Assembly (NCBI GenBank): GCA_965200315.1
Contig: OZ241362.1
Span: 64,001-128,000, forward strand
Direction of reading: 5' to 3'
Length of the DNA stretch: 64,000 nucleotides
Source of the DNA: Candidatus Latescibacterota bacterium
Lineage (GTDB): Bacteria; Latescibacterota; UBA2968; UBA8231
Of the stretch, positions 11,048 through 20,216 are shown piece by piece. Within the stretch, counting starts at the first letter, position 1. Each line of letters starts with the position of its first letter. The notes under the pieces are model-generated. The model did no database searches. It worked only from the letters and a program-made list of their open reading frames with translations, and was not told the DNA's origin. The position numbers and the translations under genes are program-made.

Positions 11048-12205
11048 TCAGACCGCGACTCCTTCGAGCCACGGCAGATCCACCTCAATGCCAAAGCCGG
11101 GCGCGTCGCTGGGCACGAGATAGCCGTCTTGGATGGCTGGTGTGCCGGGCAACAGGGTCATTTCGTGGAGCGGCACCCCGGGCGGGGACACGCTTTCCGA
11201 GCGCTCGCCCCAGACGATGGCCGGCATGGCAAAAGAAAGGTGCTGGCCATAGGGGTAGTTCATGCCGCCGTGGGCAATGACCGAGACGCCTGCGGCCTCG
11301 GCGAGGTGGCAGATTTTGACCCCGGCCGTTATGCCCCCGACCCACAGCACGTCTGGTTGCAGGATATCGACGAAGCGGCCGTCGAGCACTTGGGCAAAGG
11401 TGCGCGGCAAGTACCAGTGCTCGCCCGAGGCAAGGGTTTGCCAAGGGAGCCGCTGGCGCACTTGGGCGTAGCCGATCCAATCGTCGGCGGGCAGATAGTC
11501 TTCGATCCACTTCAAGCGGTAGGGACGGAGCATCTCGGCGAGGCGGACTAGGTGCTCCACGTCCTGCGACAGCCAGCAGTCGAGACTCAGCTCGATGTCG
11601 TCGCCGATGAGTTGGCGCGTGCTGGCCACGAGTTCCTCGATTTTCACGAGGCCGTCGAGGCCGTCGGCCGCGCCCCACGGGGTAAAGAGCTTGGTCGCCT
11701 TAAAGCCTAGCTCCATGTACCAAGCCTGCTCAAACCCAGAAGCATAGCAGAAAATTTGGTCCTTTTGCGGACCGCCGAGCAGTTCGTACACAGGTTTTTG
11801 CAGCAGTTTGCCCTTGAGGTCCCACAGCGCGGTATCCACGGCGCTGATGGCGTAGCTGGCCAGCCCTTGGCCGCCAAAGGGCGCGGTGGAGCGCACCATG
11901 ACATCCCACAGCTTTTCCGTGGCCATGCAGTTTTCGCCGGCGAGCAGCGAGGCGAAGTGATCGTTGATGATGGGCAATACAGGCGGCGCGTGGACGGTCA
12001 GCCCAAGGCCCCAAGTGCCGTCCTCGGCCGTGACCACGCAGGCGATGCGCTGCCAAGGTGGGGAGCCAACGCGGTCGGCGCGGAAGCGGTCGTAGCGATC
12101 GAGTGGCCGGTGTAGGGAGTGGCTGGGCCGTTGGGCGGGGCGCGGGGTTGTCTTCTGGGGAGGTGTGAGCGCGATTTGCGCGGCGCGGATTTCCTTGATT
12201 TTCAC
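11048..12205 (-). CDS. Mandelate racemase/enolase superfamily sugar-acid dehydratase (L-rhamnonate dehydratase-like)
   Basis: AISAVDTALWDLKGK, KxK (KATKL), DCW, WIED, GEH, QPD and PGFG motifs. Confidence 0.85.
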   Translation of the reverse strand: MKIKEIRAAQIALTPPQKTTPRPAQRPSHSLHRPLDRYDRFRADRVGSPPWQRIACVVTAEDGTWGLGLTVHAPPVLPIINDHFASLLAGENCMATEKLWDVMVRSTAPFGGQGLASYAISAVDTALWDLKGKLLQKPVYELLGGPQKDQIFCYASGFEQAWYMELGFKATKLFTPWGAADGLDGLVKIEELVASTRQLIGDDIELSLDCWLSQDVEHLVRLAEMLRPYRLKWIEDYLPADDWIGYAQVRQRLPWQTLASGEHWYLPRTFAQVLDGRFVDILQPDVLWVGGITAGVKICHLAEAAGVSVIAHGGMNYPYGQHLSFAMPAIVWGERSESVSPPGVPLHEMTLLPGTPAIQDGYLVPSDAPGFGIEVDLPWLEGVAV

Positions 12206-12215
12206 GGGAGCCTGC

Positions 12216-13484
12216 TCAGGTGAGTTGGGAAAAGCGGTCGGGCGTGAAGAGGGTTTGTAGGGTTTGGGCGATGCCAGTGCGGGTTACTTGTCGGCCAGCA
12301 TCGTGCAGGTCTTGGTACTTCTCGGTTAAGACTCTGGCGAGGATGTCGCGGAAGCGCTGCCACTTGGGGATGAGGTTTTCTAGTACGCGGGCATCTGAGT
12401 TAAAGGGGATGAAGCGGTCGCCGGTCATTTCCAAACGCATCCGCAGGTCCTGTTCGACCAAGCCCGGATGGTAGTTAAACCACCAGTGGCCAATGACCAT
12501 GATATTGTCGTTGTGGCAGGAGAGGACGCTGGCGTCGTATTGGTTGGCGTTGTGGAGCGGCGTGATGAAAAAGGCGTTGTCGGGATGGCGGCGCACCAAC
12601 TGCTGATAGGGATACATGTCGGCTAGACCCACGCCGTCGCCGGCGTCGCGCCACTCGGGTTTGAGCTGGCGGATGGGGCCGGGCATCATAAAGAAGGGCA
12701 AGTTGAGTTCGCGCAGGGCCGGCAGCACCGCGTGGTGGAGGACGGCCCCTTCTAGTCCGCTGAGGTCGTGGGCCTGGCAATGGGGCGGGAACGAGCACGC
12801 ACCGTACGCGACGGAGTGCAGCTTGCCGTACCAGTCGGCGAGGAAGCGGCGGATCGCGTGGGCGGTGGTGGGTTGGCTGGGGTCGTTGCCAACCTCGTAG
12901 CCCCAGGCGTTGAGCTTCCCCGCCGCGCGCGGGTAGTGCAAGACGAGTTCGTCGAGGCGGTAGCCGGACAAATAGCACTCGTCCCACTCGCCGCTTTCGT
13001 AGTAAGTGCGCTCTTGGTCGTTAAATACGTCTTGGGTGCCGACGATGCGGCGCACACCGGCTAGCTCCATGCAGCGGCGTTGGATTTCTTCCGGGGCGGT
13101 GTCCGCGTAGAACTGGCGTGCTTCGTTGAGGGTATCGGCGTTGGGGTCGAGGCCGAGGGCTTCGAGTGCGACGACCACACCGCGACAGCCTTCGTCGAAC
13201 GGGTCGGAAGCTGCGTCGGCAAAGAGCTTCTGCCAGGTAAAGTCGCCTTGTTGTTCTAGGCTCCAGGCGTAGAAAGTGGCCGGGTCGATGTGACCGGCGG
13301 CGAAGAGCTTGCGGCGCACGTAGTGATAGGTGAGCTGCTGGTCGATGCCGTACAGGCAGAGCTGAGGGCCGGCTGAGGGGCCGAGGAGATGGGTGTGCCA
13401 GTCGTCGACGATCAGCCGTTGGGCCGAGGTTTCTTCGGCGACGACGGTTGGGATTTGGTCGCGGAATAGGGGTGTGGTGCTCAT
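12216..13484 (-). CDS. Uronate (glucuronate) isomerase, divergent Bh0493-like type
   Basis: DWHTHL metal motif, LTYHY, GHWWF and FNSDARVLE..KW. Start at MSTTPL, after a GGAG RBS. Confidence 0.8.
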   Translation of the reverse strand: MSTTPLFRDQIPTVVAEETSAQRLIVDDWHTHLLGPSAGPQLCLYGIDQQLTYHYVRRKLFAAGHIDPATFYAWSLEQQGDFTWQKLFADAASDPFDEGCRGVVVALEALGLDPNADTLNEARQFYADTAPEEIQRRCMELAGVRRIVGTQDVFNDQERTYYESGEWDECYLSGYRLDELVLHYPRAAGKLNAWGYEVGNDPSQPTTAHAIRRFLADWYGKLHSVAYGACSFPPHCQAHDLSGLEGAVLHHAVLPALRELNLPFFMMPGPIRQLKPEWRDAGDGVGLADMYPYQQLVRRHPDNAFFITPLHNANQYDASVLSCHNDNIMVIGHWWFNYHPGLVEQDLRMRLEMTGDRFIPFNSDARVLENLIPKWQRFRDILARVLTEKYQDLHDAGRQVTRTGIAQTLQTLFTPDRFSQLT

Positions 13485-13563
13485 GGCGAAGGCTCCTGTC
13501 GGGGTAAGGGGCATAACAGTAGGCCAAGAGCAGCGGGGCGTCAAAGGGGATTGACGAGGAACG

Positions 13564-16500
13564 TTAGGAAGGCTTCTCAGAATCTTGGGCCGTGCGGTAG
13601 AACTGCTTGAGCAAAGCGTCGCTGAGCGTATTGCGTACATCTTCGTTGTTCACAAAAGCGTTGACGATTTTTTCGTTACGACCTAGACGCTGGCCAAAGG
13701 CCCGCGTGACTTCTGGGTCAAAGACCTGCTTAAACTGATCAATGGAATTAGCTCGCGCCTGTTCGACGAGACGGGTGTTTTGTGCCATATCGCCCGATAT
13801 TTGGTCGAATAATAGTTTATCTTCTTGCGTCCAGTTGGTGCCGAAACGCTCGTTGATGACGTCGATGATTGTGGATAGCGGTGCCGTCTGCTGGTCTTTG
13901 GCTTGTGCGGTGCCCACGTCGCCAGCACCATAGACGGCATCTGTTTCTCCCAACTCCAATGATACGCTGCCCGAAAATGTCTGATCGTTGCGGTAGCACA
14001 CGAGCGCGACCTCGTCGTCGAGGTCCAATAGACCGCCACCGGAGCGGTAAGGCAGTTTGGTGAGCAGATAGCGGCCATAAGCGTAGCGCTTTTCGAGATT
14101 GCGGTCTTGCCAGTTGATGATCTGGCTCAAGAAGCCATAAAGCCGCACAAAGCTGTGCAGGGTGCTTTTGAATACTTCCCCTGCCTCAGAAGGGGGATCG
14201 CCGTATTCGTTCTTAAACCGTTCGACGGCACGATCAATATATATGTTGAGCCGGCCGTGGTCGCGCCCTGTCTGCATGGGGCGGGGCTTGAAGTAAACCT
14301 GCGAAAAGCTGTCGATATCTCGGTCGAGCAGCACGGGCGCAGCTCGCAGCTTGTCCTCAAGGGTGTACAGGTGATTGGGATCGCTGGGTTCGTCGATTGC
14401 GGTTTGTTCGTAATAGGGCTTGAATGCTGCCTTGATTTCGTCGATTTCGTTGGCAAAGTCGAGGACAAAGGTATCTACCTTCCCGGTCGTTGTGCGGTTG
14501 AGGCGCGAGAGGGTCTGCACGGCCTTCAGGGCGGCAAGCCGCTTATCGACGAACATGGTATGCAAAAGCGGCTGGTCAAACCCGGTCTGGTATTTTTCGG
14601 CGACGATCAGGATTTGATAGTCGGGAGTGGCAAAACGGGCAGGTAGTTCGCTCTCGCTGATGCCGTTGATGCTCACTTCCGTGTATTGCTTTTCCGCGAC
14701 ATCTGGGTCGGTAACGGTCCCGGAAAACGCCACGAGCGTCTTGAGATCGGCGTATCTTTTTTTGGCGATGTAGCGGTCAAACTCCTGTTTGTAGCGCACT
14801 GCGTGTAACCGCGAGCAGGTGACGACCATGGCTTTGGCGTTGCCATTGATTTTGCGGCAGGTGTAGGTGCGGAAGTGCTCGACCATGATTTCCGTCTTTT
14901 GCGCGATGTTGTGGGGATGCAGGCTCACAAACCGCGCAATGGCCTTCTTCGCCTTGCTCTCCTTTACCTCCGGGTCGTCTTCGATTGCTTTTGATAGCTC
15001 GTAGTAGGTTCTGTAGGTGGTGTAGTGCTTGAGCACATCGTGGATAAAGCCTTCTTCGATGCCTTGCCGCATGGAGTAGAGGTGGAAGGGGCGTGGATGG
15101 CCTGCGGCGTCGGGTACGCCGAACATTTCGAGGGTCTTGTGTTTGGGGGTTGCGGTAAAGGCGTAGAAGTTGATGTTGGGCTGCGGGCCTCGGCGTTGGG
15201 CCTCTGCCAAGACCAAATCTTCCATGTCGGGTGGATATTCGTCTTCGCCTTGGTTGAAGGGCGTACTGCCTAGCACACTGCGAAGATGACCGGCGGTGCG
15301 TCCGCCTTGACTGCTATGCGCCTCATCGACGATGACGGCGAACTTCCGCGCAGACAGGTCTTGTACTTTGTCTAGTAGGAAGGAAAACTTTTGCAGCGTT
15401 GTGATGATGATCTTGGTGCCCTTGTTGAGTTCGTCGGCTAGGTCGCTGGAGTTGCGGGCGTCGTCGATTTTGGCGACAACGCCCTGCTTGTGTTCGACTT
15501 GATAGATGGTGTCCTGCAACTGCTTGTCGAGATTGCGGCGATCGGAGACGACGACGACCGAGTTGAAGATGGGACGGTCTTCAGCGTCGTGGACACTGGC
15601 GAGTTGATGAGCGAGGTAGGAGATGGTGTTGGTTTTGCCGGAGCCAGCGCTGTGCTGGATGAGGTAGTTGCGGCCGGTGCCTTTGTCTTTGGTATCAGCA
15701 ATTAAGACGCGGACCGCGGTGAGTTGGTGGTAGCGAGGGAAGATAAGGGTCTCTTTGGTGGTCTTGCCGCTTTTTGGGGTGTATAGGCGAATGAAGCGGT
15801 GGATGATATCGAGCCAACTGTCGCGCTGCCAGACCTCTTCCCACAGATAAGCAGTTTTGTAGCCGGTCTGATACGAGTGGTTGTCGGGGTTGCCTTTACC
15901 GCCTTGGTTGCCGGTGTTGAAGGGCAGAAAGAAGGTCTGCTTGCCGGACAGGCGGGTGGTCATGTAGGCTTCGTCGGTATCGACGGCAAAATGTACGAGG
16001 GCGCGTTTTTTGAATTGGATTAGCGGCGTCTTGGAAGTGGGGACGCGGTCTTTGATGTATTGCTGAATGGCGTGACCGGTGCGCTGGCCGGTGAAGGCGT
16101 TTTTGAGCTCGACGGTGGCAATGGGCAGGCCGTTGAGCGATAGTAGCAAATCAATGGTGCGTTTACTGTCTGGGTCGTAGCGCACCTGTCGCATTACGGT
16201 GAGGCGGTTCTGGCGGTAGGGCCGTTTTGTTTCGGGGTTCAGGCTGGTCGGCGGGCGGAAGTAGGATAGGTGGAGGTGTTGCCCTCGGTCGCGGACGCCG
16301 TTGCGGACTACGTCGAGCAAGCCGCGCCTGTCGCACTCGGTGGCGATGCGCTTGACGATTGCATCGTCTAGATTGCTGCCATAGCTGGCCTTGAGGGCGT
16401 CGAGGGTGTCGGGTTGCGTCTCTTTGAGGAAGGCGAGTAGAGTGTGTTTGTCGAGGGCGAGTTCGGGGTCAAACTGGCGGTTGTCGGCTTTGGTGTATCC

Positions 16501-16569
16501 GGCGTGGTCTACTAGATGAGCCTCGATGGCGTTTTCAAAGGCTTTTTCGGATGTGGGTCTGTTGGTCAT
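13564..16569 (-). CDS. hsdR: Type I restriction enzyme R subunit
   Basis: D...NGLPIATVELKN nuclease motif, QHSAGSGKT (Walker A), DEAH, FTATP, TGFDQP and QTLSRLNR. Confidence 0.96.
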   Translation of the reverse strand: MTNRPTSEKAFENAIEAHLVDHAGYTKADNRQFDPELALDKHTLLAFLKETQPDTLDALKASYGSNLDDAIVKRIATECDRRGLLDVVRNGVRDRGQHLHLSYFRPPTSLNPETKRPYRQNRLTVMRQVRYDPDSKRTIDLLLSLNGLPIATVELKNAFTGQRTGHAIQQYIKDRVPTSKTPLIQFKKRALVHFAVDTDEAYMTTRLSGKQTFFLPFNTGNQGGKGNPDNHSYQTGYKTAYLWEEVWQRDSWLDIIHRFIRLYTPKSGKTTKETLIFPRYHQLTAVRVLIADTKDKGTGRNYLIQHSAGSGKTNTISYLAHQLASVHDAEDRPIFNSVVVVSDRRNLDKQLQDTIYQVEHKQGVVAKIDDARNSSDLADELNKGTKIIITTLQKFSFLLDKVQDLSARKFAVIVDEAHSSQGGRTAGHLRSVLGSTPFNQGEDEYPPDMEDLVLAEAQRRGPQPNINFYAFTATPKHKTLEMFGVPDAAGHPRPFHLYSMRQGIEEGFIHDVLKHYTTYRTYYELSKAIEDDPEVKESKAKKAIARFVSLHPHNIAQKTEIMVEHFRTYTCRKINGNAKAMVVTCSRLHAVRYKQEFDRYIAKKRYADLKTLVAFSGTVTDPDVAEKQYTEVSINGISESELPARFATPDYQILIVAEKYQTGFDQPLLHTMFVDKRLAALKAVQTLSRLNRTTTGKVDTFVLDFANEIDEIKAAFKPYYEQTAIDEPSDPNHLYTLEDKLRAAPVLLDRDIDSFSQVYFKPRPMQTGRDHGRLNIYIDRAVERFKNEYGDPPSEAGEVFKSTLHSFVRLYGFLSQIINWQDRNLEKRYAYGRYLLTKLPYRSGGGLLDLDDEVALVCYRNDQTFSGSVSLELGETDAVYGAGDVGTAQAKDQQTAPLSTIIDVINERFGTNWTQEDKLLFDQISGDMAQNTRLVEQARANSIDQFKQVFDPEVTRAFGQRLGRNEKIVNAFVNNEDVRNTLSDALLKQFYRTAQDSEKPS

Positions 16570-16577
16570 GGTGGAAC

Positions 16578-17048
16578 CTATGGGCTCTTATCTAATATAT
16601 TGCTCAATTTGCTCCCGCACCTCTCCCGAATAACTGAGTGTCGTTTCCCTTTGAAAGACACCTTCTTTTGCCTCAAGATCTTTAGCTCAGACGCATGACG
16701 GATATTGCCGTGCAACAAGATAGGAAGGAATTTTTCTACGTTGAACTTGAATTTATCGGATAAACCACTGATTTGCTGTGCGCCAGATTGTAGCTGATTG
16801 AGTACCTGATTACCATGGAAGTTACCGCTTTTCAACTCTACTGCGGCTGCAACTATTTTATCGTTTGTCAGGAATATCAAGTGATCACATTTGCTGGCCC
16901 TGTATTTGGTAATCTCGCTGTATTTATCTACATCAATGATCGTCAAGGTCTTACCATTCTCGCCTACATCGACACGGAGTTCACAGCGTGGCCCCCTGCA
17001 TCTCGTTTTGACCGCCGCTGGCCATGTCGATTTGATCTCCGAGTGCAT
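16578..17048 (-). CDS. Hypothetical protein with a PD-(D/E)xK-like motif
   Basis: KCDHLIF...AAVELKSG...QL pattern, basic C-terminus, AT-rich. Starts 14 nt after the ATPase stop. Confidence 0.6.
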   Translation of the reverse strand: MHSEIKSTWPAAVKTRCRGPRCELRVDVGENGKTLTIIDVDKYSEITKYRASKCDHLIFLTNDKIVAAAVELKSGNFHGNQVLNQLQSGAQQISGLSDKFKFNVEKFLPILLHGNIRHASELKILRQKKVSFKGKRHSVIRERCGSKLSNILDKSP

Positions 17049-17062
17049 ATAGGCTGTTCCTC

Positions 17063-18457
17063 TCAGTCGTCAAGTTTAACGGTCTCGTCGTAGATGGATT
17101 CTGCGATTTGGACGAAGGCGTCCTCCGGTATGCCCTCGTTTTTCGATACGGGTAGTTCTTTTGTTTCGGCTCCGGGGCGGTTGTTGCGAAAGGAGAAGAG
17201 ATAGGCTCCAACTGACTCCGAGGGTAGTTGGTCCTTTTTAGTATAGCCGAGTTTTCTCGCCGCGCTGGGCTTGGAAGACATGCGAATGCAGTTGCTGAGT
17301 TGCTGGAGAAAGTAGTCACTGTGCGTCGTGACCAATACATGCAGCCCTGCATTTACCATCTGGCTGATGGCGCGGGCGAGTATGCGCTGGTTTTCGGGGT
17401 GGAGGTGGGCTTCCGGCTCCTCGATGATGAGTAGGTTTTGGGGATTGATTATATACTTGAGGAAAAGCACGATAGGAGCAATTTCGGAAACCATAGAGGA
17501 AGTGCGATGAATTGGAAAACGGTTTCCGTTTGCCTCATATACGAACTCAGGATATTCTGCGCCGGAGACAGGTTGATCGACATCTATAGTCCCACGACTT
17601 ACTTCTTGTTCGAGAAATACCGCTATTTCACTAAGCGGGCTCGGTTTACGAGACCTTGTTCCAATACGCGGTCTTGTTTCAAGAGTAATCAGGTTACTTA
17701 TGAAGTCTGCTACGACTCCAGTTAGCCGGGGAATCTCAATGGGTTCAATTCCTACTAGAGGTAGGCGGGACAGCATAATCCCTGCGAGTGCTTTATGGCT
17801 CTGTAGGATTCCTGAGCGCGCCGCTGGAAAGTAGTAAGGTATGTCCAAGAGGTCTTGAAAATAATGCTGAACGAGACTATTGATTAAGACAGGGTATGGC
17901 AGCTCTTCAGGTACGGGACGGAGGCTGCTCAAGGGAAATTTGATTCCCGTTAAGGAATAAGAGGCATTATGTAGTGCGAGACCTCCATCTTGGAATTTGA
18001 ACTCAAGCCGTAGGTCTGGTTGATTGCTTTCTATGATGAGCTCAAATCGCTTGTGACACTTTGGCCGAATTAGGTCAGAAAGTTCGCTTCCGAAGCAGCG
18101 CTGGATTTCGCTGCTTAGTTGTTCTGGTAATTGTTCACAGAGTTCCTTGAACCCCTTATCAACCGCTTTCTGTATGACGTTAGGTAGTTCGTCAAAACAC
18201 ACTTCTTCTTGTTTCGCTAACAAATCGTTTAGTTCCCTTTGTTCCTGTTCACCAAACTCAGAGCGGCTGTACATTCGTCTGAGAGAGCTAAAGTGATGAA
18301 ATCTACGCGGACGACTGAATAAGGAAAAAATAGCGTAGTTTAACAGGGCGATATAGGACTTGCCGGCATTGTTCTCGCCGATAAAGACAGTCAAGGGCCG
18401 TGAGGTTATATCCGCCTCTATGAGCGGGCCGAAGTATTTAACCTTAATATTTAGCAT
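17063..18457 (-). CDS. ABC-type (AAA_15/AAA_21-like) ATPase
   Basis: GENNAGKS (Walker A), TSSMV signature-like segment, IIEEPEAHLHP (Walker B/D-loop) and TTHS (H-loop). AT-rich. Confidence 0.9.
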   Translation of the reverse strand: MLNIKVKYFGPLIEADITSRPLTVFIGENNAGKSYIALLNYAIFSLFSRPRRFHHFSSLRRMYSRSEFGEQEQRELNDLLAKQEEVCFDELPNVIQKAVDKGFKELCEQLPEQLSSEIQRCFGSELSDLIRPKCHKRFELIIESNQPDLRLEFKFQDGGLALHNASYSLTGIKFPLSSLRPVPEELPYPVLINSLVQHYFQDLLDIPYYFPAARSGILQSHKALAGIMLSRLPLVGIEPIEIPRLTGVVADFISNLITLETRPRIGTRSRKPSPLSEIAVFLEQEVSRGTIDVDQPVSGAEYPEFVYEANGNRFPIHRTSSMVSEIAPIVLFLKYIINPQNLLIIEEPEAHLHPENQRILARAISQMVNAGLHVLVTTHSDYFLQQLSNCIRMSSKPSAARKLGYTKKDQLPSESVGAYLFSFRNNRPGAETKELPVSKNEGIPEDAFVQIAESIYDETVKLDD

Positions 18458-18537
18458 AAGCGATTTCTCTTTACTATTCTATAGTATGTATAATTGGATA
18501 TGTCACAATACTTTTTTAGTATGTCGAGGATTTCGAC

Positions 18538-18789
18538 TCAGTAGAACGCCTTTTTTATGAAACGTAAGATGTACTCGGCAAGAATTGGACATACGCTGTT
18601 GCCTATTTGTCTGAAACTATGCCATTTCGTAGAGTGAAATTGAAACCAATCAGGAAAACCTTGAAGCCTTACAGCTTCTCTAGGAGTTATCACGCGCTCC
18701 TCTGTGGGATGTAGGGGACGAACCGCTTGATAACTGCCTTTATCTTTTTCATTACCTGATCTTAAATTTACAGCTACGGAAAAGGTTGA
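18538..18789 (-). pseudogene. C-terminal remnant of a C5 cytosine DNA methyltransferase
   Basis: Not in the ORF track. Manual translation gives ...NLRSGNEKDKGSYQAVRPLHPTEERVITPREAVRLQGFPDWFQFHSTKWHSFRQIGNSVCPILAEYIL...*, matching C5-MTase motifs IX and X. An in-frame stop lies upstream and there is no ATG start. Confidence 0.85.
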
Positions 18790-18893
18790 CTACTACTAAG
18801 CAATTCCGGCGGCAAGTACAGCAATAAACGTTCAACGGCTCAACAGGCCATTGCCTTGTTGCTGGGTTATCTTCATCTTATTCATTATCGTCG

Positions 18894-20216
18894 TTACATC
18901 TCGCCTCGCACGTCAATCTTCCCCGTCACAGCGGCGGAGATGAGGGCAGTTCGACGCTCTTTGAGCAGCTCAATCGCCGTTTCGCATTTTTCGATAAGAG
19001 TATCGATTTTCGCCGTTTCTCTGTCGAGGTAGGCGGCGATGGCGATTTGTTCACGTAGGGGAGGAATGCAGAGCGGAGCGTTGGCATACTTCTCGCCATT
19101 CACGTTCTCTATAGTAGAAGAAATTGACATCACTTTAAGGAATTTGTGAAAAGCCTGAGTTTTGGTAAATAGGAATAGATACTCCGGCGACACATCAGAA
19201 GCAGGAACAAAACGAACCAGATAGCCAGCATAGGCGCAGGGACCATGATGTTGAGATTTATATAAGAATGACCGGCCCACTGTACCACTTCTCGATATTA
19301 GTAAATCATCGTCATTAAGTATGTAGTCTTCGATCAGAATGGCTTGGACGAATACGCCACCGTTCTTGAGTACACCGTCGTCAGAAATATCGGTTGTGCG
19401 AAGAAATCGGACTCCCTCTTCTTCGTATTGGCTAGAGGCAATATTAGCACCGTAAAGTGCTGACTGTGAGCATACGTTCTTCAGCTTCTTCACCGCCCAT
19501 CCCTCCGGCACTTCCCCCAGCCACTCCACACCGCTGTCTTTCATCTTCGCATTCAGATTCAGTCCTTTAGTGACGGCATGAGATATAATCGCCTGCCGTT
19601 TTTCTCGGAGCAGTTCGATCAGGTGCTCTTGCTTGGCAACTAAAGTATCGATTTTCGCCGTTTCTCTGTCGAGGTAGGCGGCGATGGCGATTTGTTCTTC
19701 GAGAGGTGGATAGGTACATGGAGTTGCTTCAACTTTTTCGACCGTAAAATGAGCAATGGTTGCTTTATTGCATATCATATCTATGTAGTCTACATTTTTA
19801 ATAAAATACATCCAATAATAAAGAAATCTTGTATCTGCATATTTTCGTGCTCTGATTCGATTGATAGAATTTTGAATATAGCAGTCTGTAATCTCACCAT
19901 TCCAAAGCGCACTTCGGCCAACATCACCGCCCTCACTGACCAATAGATCGCCCTTACAAAGTCTCAATTTTCTCTTTTCTTCCGTTGTGAACCACATGCG
20001 TTTAACATCTGTTGTATCTACGTCTCGCCAATGAATATTTGCTGCACGTAAGTAGGATTCTTCGGTTTCATCCGGTCCTGTCTGGTTGGACTTGAGCATT
20101 TTGCCCAATGCGACCTCATAGCGTCGTTTAATGAGCGAAACTTGCCAATCTATGGGAATTTTTCCAATCCACTCCACGCCGCTATCCCTGTACTCCGCAT
20201 ACCTCCGAAAGCTCAT
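18894..20216 (-). CDS. hsdS: Type I R-M specificity subunit
   Basis: Two TRDs, each bounded by DSGVEWxG and PPLxEQIAIAAYLD. Ends with AVTGKIDVR. Confidence 0.95.
   Translation of the reverse strand: MSFRRYAEYRDSGVEWIGKIPIDWQVSLIKRRYEVALGKMLKSNQTGPDETEESYLRAANIHWRDVDTTDVKRMWFTTEEKRKLRLCKGDLLVSEGGDVGRSALWNGEITDCYIQNSINRIRARKYADTRFLYYWMYFIKNVDYIDMICNKATIAHFTVEKVEATPCTYPPLEEQIAIAAYLDRETAKIDTLVAKQEHLIELLREKRQAIISHAVTKGLNLNAKMKDSGVEWLGEVPEGWAVKKLKNVCSQSALYGANIASSQYEEEGVRFLRTTDISDDGVLKNGGVFVQAILIEDYILNDDDLLISRSGTVGRSFLYKSQHHGPCAYAGYLVRFVPASDVSPEYLFLFTKTQAFHKFLKVMSISSTIENVNGEKYANAPLCIPPLREQIAIAAYLDRETAKIDTLIEKCETAIELLKERRTALISAAVTGKIDVRGEM
18999..19697. repeat. Perfect 54-bp direct repeat within hsdS (18999-19052 and 19644-19697)
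   Basis: AGTATCGATTTTCGCCGTTTCTCTGTCGAGGTAGGCGGCGATGGCGATTTGTTC occurs twice and encodes EQIAIAAYLDRETAKIDT. Confidence 0.9.
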
